The position numbers and the translations under genes were made by a program. From Hypanus sabinus (lineage: Eukaryota), in the NCBI RefSeq assembly GCF_030144855.1, contig NC_082709.1:172360001-172424000 (forward strand): a stretch of 64,000 nucleotides of DNA, given 5' to 3'. The notes beneath the pieces were generated by a model. That model did not search any database. It was not told the origin of the DNA and saw only the letters and a list, made by a program, of their open reading frames with translations. Positions 51,973 through 60,809 of the stretch are shown piece by piece. Every line of letters begins with the position of its first letter. Within the stretch, counting starts at the first letter, position 1.

Positions 51973-54356
51973 TAAGATTCTTTCCATTTCTTCTCTTTCT
52001 CCTTTGCAGCAACAAGAGTAGATCAGGTCACAACAAGAGCTCACAAGGTGAAAATGCACACTGGCCTTCAGAGTGCTGAGTACAGGAGTTGGGATGTTAC
52101 GTTGATGTTGTATAAGACAGTGAGACCAAATTTGGAGTATTGTGTGCAGTTCTGGTCATCTACCTATTGAAAAGTTATCAATAAAATTGAAAGAGTACAG
52201 AGAAAGTTTACAAGATTGGTACAGCGTCTTATGGACTCAAGTTACAGGGAACTGGTGAATAGGTTAGGACTTTATTCCCTGGAGCGTAGGAGAATGAGGG
52301 GAGATCTGATAGAGGTATATAAAATTATGAGGGGAGTAGATGCAAGCAGGCTTTTTCCACTGAAGTTGGGTGAAGCTAGAACTAGAGGTCGTGGGTTACA
52401 GGTGAAAGGTGAAATGTTGAAGAGGTACCTGAAAGGGAATTCTTCACTCAAGAGGGTGGTGAGAGTGTGGAACGAGCTGCCAGACAGAAGTCGTGGATAC
52501 ATTTAAGAGTAGTTTGGATAAGTACATGGAAAAGAGGGATACAAGGTCCATGGTCCAGGTCAATCAGACTAGGCAGAATAACAGTTTGGCACAGATTAGA
52601 TGGGCTAAAGGGCCTGTTTCTGTGCTGTAATGCTCCACGTCTCTAAACTTAAAGCACTTCACATCCGCAGTGTTCCTTTTCAATTGTTCTCTCCCAAAAC
52701 TGAGTTTTGTTTCAAGGTTTAGAAGGATACTGGCCAATTACTAGCAAACAGGACTGGCTCATATCATTCACTGGAACTCTCACTTCTATGTTAAAAGGAC
52801 AGGCAGGTAGACAGAGGAGGTGGGGTGGCTCTGTAGGTAAAAACTCCTAGCAAACTTGAATCCCTAAAGGATGCTGGACAGGACTTGAATGCTATCACCT
52901 CTTACAAAGTGAAACCAAGTGACATGGGTGACAACAAGGCTTTGCTGTCAGATGAGCTCAATGCCTTCTATGCTTACTTTGGCCATCAAAACACGGAAGA
53001 ACCTTCACAAACTCCCACAGTCTGTGATGACCTTGTGATTTCAATTTCAGAAGCCAACACGAGAGCATACTTCAGGAGGGAGAACCCACTGTAAGCATCT
53101 GGCCCAGATGGGATACTGGCCAAGTAAGAAAGACCCGTGCTGGTCAACCATCTGGAGAGTTCACCAACATCACTAACCTCTCGGTAGTCTGATGTACCCA
53201 CCTGCTTTAAGCAGGTTTCAATTATACCGGAGCCTAAGAAGGATGTGGTAACCTGCCTCAATGTCTGTCAACCAGCAGCACTCACATCCACAGTGACGAG
53301 GTGTTTTGAGAGGCTGGTGATGAAACTTATCAACTGCTGCCTGAGAAGCAACTGGGATCCTCTCCAGTTTTCCTACCGGCGCAACAGGTCCACAGCAGAT
53401 GCAATCTCATTGGCTCTTCACTCAACCCTGGAACGTGTGGACAGCAAAGATGCATACATCAGGATGCTCTTTATTGACCAAAGCTCAACATTCAATACCA
53501 CCATCCCCCAAAACTAATCAATAAGCTTCAAGACCTTAGCCTAAATATCTCCTTGTGCAATTGGGTCCTCTATTTCCTCATTTGCAGATTCCAGTCAGTT
53601 CAGATTGGCAACAACATCTCCTCCACAATCTCCATCAGCACAGAGGTGCACCACAAGGTTGTGTTCAGCTCACATTCTATTCGATTTAAACTTATAACTC
53701 TGATGCCATATTTAAGTTTGTCAACAACACCAGTGTCGTTGGCCGAAACAAAGGTGGTGACAAATCAGCATAACGTGGTCTCTGATGTTCCATTTGCCCA
53801 GTACTTTCATTATCTGTCCCACTCCTACTTTGAGTTCTCTGTCCTTGTTTTCTCGCAAATTTCATGAAACCTGGTGTGAGACTGGCGACCAGCATCTCCT
53901 CTTCTGACTAGGCACGTGACAGAGCCCTCAAGGTTCACCACTGAATTTGGATAACTAGTTTGTATCAACTAGTTTGTGGTCAGTACTCATGAAAAGTCAT
54001 TGTCCTGTAACATTGAACTCCACTTCCCAGCATTCAAGACATCTTCAAGGAGCGATGCCTCAAAAAGGCAGGATCTATCATCAAGGAACCCCAACACCCA
54101 GGGCATGTCCTCTTCTCATTGTTACCGTCAGTACAGGAGCTTGACGGCACACACTCAACAATTCAGGAACAGCCTCTGCCATTGGATTCCTGAATGGACA
54201 TTGAATTTTCATGAACACTACCTCACTACTTTTTATTCTCCTTCTACACTATTAACTTGTTAATGTATACGCACTTACTATAATTTAGTTTTTTATCATT
54301 ATTGCAATGTACTGCTACTGCATAACATCAGATCTCACAACATATGCCAGTAAAAT

Positions 54357-54394
54357 CAGTCCTGATGAAGGGTCTCGGCCCGAAACGTCGACAG
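54357..54394 (+). ncRNA. Minimal type I hammerhead ribozyme motif
   Basis: CAGTC CTGATGA A GGGT-CTCG-GCCC GAAAC GTC GACAG: both conserved boxes, stem II, GUC cleavage triplet and stem I (GTC/GAC). Confidence 0.75.
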
Positions 54395-54453
54395 TGCTTC
54401 TCCCTATAGATGCTGCCTGGCCTGCTATGATCCACCAGCATTTTGTGTGTGTC
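54357..54453 (+). mobile_element. 97-bp hammerhead-plus-tail Penelope derivative with 10-bp TSD
   Basis: Flanked by ccagtaaaat at 54347-54356 and 54454-54463. Starts at CAGTC-CTGATGA. Confidence 0.88.
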
Positions 54454-54930
54454 CCAGTAAAATTAAACCTGATTCTGATTCTGACAGTCTCTCTTCACAG
54501 CTGCTGCCTGACTTGTTGGGCATTTCCCAGATTTGCTTCCTTTCAGATTTTTAGCAGCTAACTTCTGTATTTCTGTTCCAGCTTTATTTGTTCCATCAGA
54601 CCTCTCACTCATTTTCTTCTGTCTACATCTCTTCCACACACACGTGTGGTTAACAAGCCCTCACCCCTCTCTCTCACTGGCATCAAACAATGCTTGTTAA
54701 TCACAATCTCCTTGGTCTCCCCACCTCTCCCCTATCGCTCTAACCTAAATCTGGATTCATCTGTACCTTTTCCTTTTTCTAATGAAAGTTCATTCATCTG
54801 AAATGTTACCTCTGTTTCTCTGTCCACACATGCTGTCGGGCTGACTGAGCTAGAAGAGACTCTGCATAGGCCAGATCTTTTATCCCAGAGAGAAGGAGGC
54901 CAACGGTGACCTTGTAGAGGTCTAGACATA

Positions 54931-55417
54931 TAGTACTGTGCATGTCTTCGGCACCTACTATATATAGCTCGGGTATCTAAGATTGTACACTGTACTATAT
55001 TTGTCAACTTGGAGTTAAGAACGAGTGTGTAAATCTGGCGAGCGAAATGGATGTTAGGAATGATGCAGGAGGGGTGTGGGACAGGAGGCAGAGGAGGAGT
55101 GTCAGGGGCAAGGCTTTCATTGCCAGGGGCAATCATTAGATTCCAATAATTGGTTTATTGATCATTACAGAATGTCTTACTGGTGCTTCCCATTCCCTAC
55201 CCTCTCCTTTCCCCTTCTCCCAACCATGATTCACCTCTCTCTGCTCCCTTCCCACTCTCAGTACACAACAGTGACCCGTATCAGTATCCAAGTTTATCAT
55301 GAAATGAGATTTTATTTTTGCAACAACAATAAAGTGCAATAAATACAATTGTTACAGTGCTGTGCAAAGATCTTCGGCTCCCGAGGCCACTGTGCCTGAG
55401 ACTTTTGCACAGCACTA
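54931..55417 (-). mobile_element. Composite element (copy 2), inserted at TA in a CR1 remnant
   Basis: Mini-MITEs at 54931-54997 and 55355-55417. Cargo is reverse-homologous to 24654-25042. Confidence 0.82.
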
Positions 55418-56051
55418 TAAAATCAATAGGGGAGTAGATAAGGTGCAGGGTAATCTTACCCAGGGCAAGGGAACCTAAAACCAGGGGGGCATAAGTTTAA
55501 GGTGAGAGGTGAGAGATTTAAGGTGAACCTGACAGACAACATTTTCACACAGAGGGAGGTGGGTTTATGGAATGAGCTGCCAGAGGAAGTAGTAGAGACA
55601 GGTACAATTATAATATTTAACGGACATTCCATGCGAATCAAGTAAAACTAAAACAGAATTTGATTGTAGTGCAGTGAGGCTGCAGTCTTTCTATAATGAG
55701 GTAGTGGTTTGGGCTGTGCAGATTGAAAAAGACGAAAGATTTTAAAGAAAACCTTGTCATATCTGTACCATGAAACATACTGTGAAATATGTCATTTGTG
55801 TCAAATCAAATCAGCGGCGATAGTTCAGAGTGTTGCCATGTTTATGCCTCCGACATGGCATGGAACAAAGTACGTCTTTACACTGTGGGATGAAACTGGA
55901 GCACCCAGAGGAATGTACAAGCTCCTTGCAGACAGCAGTGGGAATCGAGCCCCTATCTCATACAGCTGGCCACTGTAAAGCGATGCACTAACCACTACAT
56001 TACCGTACCTTTTGGTGCAAGAACCAAATAGCTGATGGGAGACAACTGCCC

Positions 56052-56228
56052 TTGATGAATAAACTCTTCTCGGGCTTCCAGCCGGGTATCAATTTTAACC
56101 AATGCTAAAATCCCTGATGAAGATGGTAGAGTTTGTCATCAAAACGTCAGTTAAGATCGATACCTGTCCCGGGCTGGAAGCCTGAGAAGAGTTTATTCGT
56201 CACATACGCCAGGAAAGCACTAGATCCT
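56052..56228 (+). mobile_element. Solo pLTR of a second Penelope family (Poseidon-like) with inverted 5' arm
   Basis: ~45-bp inverted arms around CTGATGAAGATG..CATC-AAAACGTC. Tail gcctgagaagagtttattc..cgccaggaaagc. Confidence 0.6.
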
Positions 56229-56435
56229 TTATCATCTGAGCTTCAGCTCCACTTACAACCCGAATTCTGACGCAAGGTCGTCGATATCAGCTCCTCTTCC
56301 TGGCTGCCAGATACTGCCTGCCTAACCTGTGTATCTCAGCTGTTCGACACTGTGTTACGTTTGGCTTTAGATAGAATGAAGGTCATAGTTGCAGGAAAAC
56401 AGCGACTCCCCACCCCACCCCCTATCCTTACTCAC

Positions 56436-56545
56436 CAACAGCATTCTCTCCAACAGCAACGAGAAAAGTTGAGCAAGGGAAACTCTGGCTGGCCGTGTCT
56501 TCACCCGATGTCCTACTCTCTGGATTCCACTGAATGGAAATACCC
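56436..56545 (-). CDS. PSMG1: PSMG1 exon 2 (GISIQWNPESRTSGEDTASQSFPCSTFLVAVGENAV)
   Basis: cttcctcatcAG acceptor, GTGAGT donor, 110 nt, phase 2 to 1. PCSTFLVAVGENAV aligns with human PCSKFIIAIGNNAV. Confidence 0.94.
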
Positions 56546-58696
56546 CTGATGAGGAAGACATACTTTCAGGAAAAACTCACAATCCAAGCTCGAACAGAAC
56601 AGTCATGTCACATCCAAAAGTTTCACTGAAGCAGAACAACAGCAGCAACAGGAATAGGCAGCAAGCCCCCTCTAGCCTGCTCCACTATTTGACACAACTG
56701 ACTGAGAACTCTGCTCCACCCTGCCTGATGTGTAGATAACCCATCTCCTCTGGGGCTACAGATCTGGCTACCTTGGCCTTCAATACGTTCAATGATTTGG
56801 CCACCATAGCTCTCCAGGGGAGAGTACTCAAAGCTAGCTCAGGGTGACGAAAGGCAGGGACCGATCTGGTTAACTTGCAGGTCAAGTTGGTGGTGAGGAA
56901 GGCAAATGCAATGTTAACATTCATTTTGAGTGGACTAGAATATGAAAGTAAGGATATAATGTTGATGCTTTATAAAGCATTGGTAAGCGGTTTTGGGCCT
57001 TTATCTGAGAAAGGATGTGCTAAGAGGGTCTAGAGGGGTTCACTAGAATGATCCCCGGAATGAAAGGGTACGAGCAGTGTTTGACGGTGCTGGATCAGTA
57101 CTCGCTGGAATTCAGAAAATTAGCAGGGCAGGGGCATCTCATTGAAACCTATCGAATATTGATATACAGAGTGAATGTTTCTGATAGTGGGGGAGTCTAG
57201 GACCAGACAGCACAGTCTCAGGCAGGACAGAGGGATGTCCACTTAGAACAGAGATGAGATCATTCTTTAGCCAGTGAATGATGAATCCAGGGAATTCACT
57301 GCCATAGGCAGCTGTGGAGGCCAAGTCATTGGGTATATTTAAAGCAAAAATAGTTAAGTTCTTGATTAGTCAGGGCATCAAAGGATACAAGAGGAAGGCA
57401 GGAGAATGGGATTGAGAGGGATAATAAATCAGCCATGAGCAGACATGATAGCCAAAGGACCTAAACATGTTCCTGTGTCTGTGGTCTTATCGATTTATTG
57501 AGTCTAACTTTCTTCATATTAATGGAATCTGACCAACTTGCTGTCTCACAACTCTCCAATTCATTAGTGGAGCAGTAACCCTGGGGTCACCATGACAAAT
57601 CCAGAGTAATTCCACAAAACACAGAGAAAACGCTGTAAGATAAAAGATTTAATGTGTACATCAAATCAGTGAAAAATCCAGTGAAATGCGTCATTTGCAT
57701 CAACGACCGACACAGTCCGAGGATGTGTCAGAGGCAGCCGCAACTGTACCACACTTCCAGTGCCAACAAAGCATGCCCACAACTTATTAACCCTAACCTT
57801 TGGGAAGTGGGAGGAAACCAGAGCACCCGGAGGAAAACATGCGATCACGGGGAGAATGTACAAGCTCCTTACAGGCAGCGGTGGGGCATTGAATCTCATT
57901 CTGTAAACAATTGCACTAACCGCTGCATTACCAGGCCAACCCATCCCAACAGGTCGTTCTCAACAGACTCACCCCAACAGATCCAAGTGCAATCCAAATC
58001 TCTTCTGGGTAATCGCAATAAAGCCCCAGTATAACTACAACATACATCTTATCCAAAGAGACTCAGCTACCTTGGGTCAATCATAGCAGGCATAAACTAA
58101 TCCCTACAGACCAGAATGGGCGTATGGAGATGAATCAAAACCAATTAAGTATCAATCCCAATTACAGTAGAAGAATCAAGAGCGCAGAGCTGCACACGAG
58201 TTGCCTTCTCCTTAACAGTAAGGGTTTGAGGAGACTTGGAAGGCACCAAAGGCACTGGCAGATTTCTACAGGTGTACCTCGGAGAGCTTTCTAACTGGCT
58301 GCATCACTGCTTGGTACTGGGGAGTGGGCTATTGCACAGGATCAAAGTAAGCTGCAGGAAGTTGTGAACTCAGTCGGTTCCATCATGGGACTAACCTTCC
58401 TAGCATCCAGGAGAGACGGCTCAGAGACAGGATCCATCACCCAGGACATGCCCTCTTCTCACTGTTACCATCAAGGAGAAAGTACAGGAGCCTGAAGACA
58501 CACACTCGGGAACAGCTTCTTCCCGTCTAACACCGTCATCTGAGTGGACATGGAACCCATGAACACTACCTCACTACCTTTATTTTCACTGCTTAATTAA
58601 CTGAATATATATTTGCTGTAATTTAGTTATTTTTATTATGTATTTCATTGTGCTGTCCCATACAAACAAATTTCATGACATATGCAGGTGATATTA

Positions 58697-58800
58697 AGCA
58701 ACACACACAAAATGCTGGAGGAACTCAGCAGGCCAGGCAGCATCTATGGAAAAGAGTACAGTCGATGTTTCAGACCTACACCCTTCACCAAGACTGGGTA
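58697..58800 (-). mobile_element. Penelope tail fragment with mutated hammerhead core
   Basis: Typical tail. The CTGATGA box reads TTGGTGA. Confidence 0.78.
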
Positions 58801-58864
58801 ACATTAGATCTGTTGGGGTGGGGGAAGAGAAGGAATTGTTGATATTTTCTTTTGATAGCTGCCA

Positions 58865-59455
58865 GGAGATAATCCCAGCAGGCTGGTTCACCCTAATAAA
58901 CCAGGAGTTAAATCCAGAAGGGCTAAATCATCTCAACAGACCCATTAATCCCAGCAGAGTGGAAGTAATCCCCACAGACCACATGACCCTGCAACTCATT
59001 CTTAGAGATGAGTTAATTTCAACAGATGCAGGATATTTCCAACAGTTCGTGAGTCAAACCCAGTTTGTTTGGGTCAATCCATGCAGACCATGAGTTAATC
59101 CCAGCATCCTGCATCTCAATACTAGTTACCTCCAGAAAACAGAAACTATACCTAAAAGGCAAGTAAATCCCAGCAACTGCCGGCCAGTCTCAATAAGCAA
59201 ATTAATCCCAACGGGGCCACGACAATCCCAATAGGAGATGTTAATCCCAAAATCCCAGACCAATCCCAACAGACCTGTAAATCCTAGTAGTTGCTGGTCT
59301 ATCCAGAGGGACCAGGAAATCCCAGCAGCTGCTGGTCCACCCCAACAGACCAATGAATCCCACCTGATGCCAATCCAGCCCAGGAAACCAAGAAAAACCC
59401 AACAGCTGCTGGTCCATCCCACAAACCAGTAAATCCCAGCAGCTGCTGGTCCATT
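58865..59455. repeat. Degenerate ~38-bp tandem repeat (consensus ~AATCCCAGCAGCTGCTGGTCCATCCCAACAGACCAGTA)
   Basis: AATCCC-like anchors at 59166, 59204, 59243, 59280, 59318, 59356, 59395 and 59432 (spacing 37-39 bp). More decayed units continue leftward. Confidence 0.85.
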
Positions 59456-59459
59456 CGAT

Positions 59460-59980
59460 AGCAGCGAGGGTGGCCTCGAGGCTCCTCCTGCGGCCCAGTA
59501 CCGACACACGGAGCCCCACTTCCCGGGGCCTCGGCCTAACCTCACCTGCGTCCCGCCAACTCATTTCTGATCTCCTCATCCTCATCTTCGTCCTCCTCGT
59601 CCACCGCCCGGGAGAAGACGGATACAACCTCCCCGAAAAACGTGGCCATTCGCCGGGTAGATCCTGCGGTCTCCCAGGCGGCGTATCACCAACTCCCGTC
59701 GCCCAGCAGAGGACGCCGTTACCCTGAAAATACACACGCGCACCGCCAGAGGGCGCACGTCGGCAGCAAATGCACACGGCCACCGCCAGAGGGCATCCTT
59801 CCCCCGAAAAGACACACGCCACCAGAGGGCGCGCCGCCCACTCCGCTGCCTGTTGCCCCACGACAGAAGGGGGACTTTCCGCCCGCAGCCGGAACGCAGA
59901 TTCAGGAGGTTCTCTGCGGAGATTACAGTGATAGCGGAAGCGTGCATTGGCAAAAATCCCCCGGATCCTCGAGAGGTCCA
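59460..59980 (-). promoter_or_regulatory. CpG island and PSMG1 promoter, with CTCF-like motifs and ETS/GABP-like CGGAA sites
   Basis: Sharp GC and CpG enrichment over exon 1 and upstream. CC(G/A)CCAGAGGGC motifs at 59743, 59783 and 59819. CCGGAA at ~59889 and GCGGAAG at ~59934. Confidence 0.85.
59546..59649 (-). CDS. PSMG1: PSMG1 coding exon 1 (MATFFGEVVSVFSRAVDEEDEDEDEEIRNELAGR..)
   Basis: ATG at 59649. 104 nt ending at an AG|GTGAG donor (phase 2). Matches the vertebrate PAC1 N-terminus MA(A)TFFGEVV plus acidic tract. Lies in a CpG island. Confidence 0.96.
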
Positions 59981-60809
59981 AGTGGTTTGGAAAACCACAA
60001 ATGAAACGCTATTTTTAATTAAGGGGGGGGAAGAGAAATCTATGTATTATAGACTAAGATCTGTCACTTTGCAATTGCTGGAATCCATCAGTAAGGAGAT
60101 TATTGCAGAACATTTAGAAATTCATGACAAAATCAAGTGAAAGTTGAATTTACTGTTTTATGCACAGGTGCAATGATTAACCTGCAGCAGCATCACAGGC
60201 TCATGACATCAGGCGCACTAAATTCTCAAAATAAACATCAATTTATACATAAACCAGAAGCCCTGGCTGAACCAAGAGATGGAGAATTTGCAGAGGTGAG
60301 GTGTGATGGGTAGTTTCCAAGACCAGTGATTCAGGAAGAAGTCCGGGTACAGAAGGCCGTCGTGAGAGTAGAAAGATAATTCCGTGTGAAATTAGAGACA
60401 CAATTAAATGCACGGCAGCTGTGGCGGAGTGTGCACGGCCGTATTCCTAATGGCATGAGTGGACGTTTTGCTTCACTTCCCAATAAGCTCAACACCTTTT
60501 ATGCACACGTTGAAAGGGGGAATGGCACGACCCCTGTGTGAATCCCCACAGAGTCTGAAGACCCTGTGATCTCGTTCTCAGAAACCTTCAAGTGGTGATT
60601 CCTTGCAAGGAGCCCCAATGGTGAACCTGGCCAAGTACTGAGAAGCTGTACCCACCAACTAGCTGGAGTGTTCTATTTCTCACTGAAAAAATGACAGCAA
60701 TCATATCTGGGGCCCCAAGAACGGCAGCATGAGCATACGCAATGACTACTAACTGGTAGAACTTGTATCTACCACAATGAAGTGCTTTGAGAGGTGGGTT
60801 ATGTCTAGA

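Larger units (their letters stand above)
52845..54480 (+). mobile_element. Rex1/Babar-type LINE fragments
   Basis: [40 protein letters not shown]. Ends in a taaacctgattctgattctga tail. Confidence 0.85.

Noticed and set aside
58865-59455. CRISPR-like periodicity with a palindromic core
   Set aside because: The units are contiguous degenerate tandem copies without unique spacers. The context is a vertebrate intron and there are no cas genes.
59241-59981. 246-aa minus-strand ORF and overlapping ORFs in the CpG island
   Set aside because: Stop-poor GC-rich sequence. It is out of frame with the real PSMG1 exon 1 and runs into the minisatellite.
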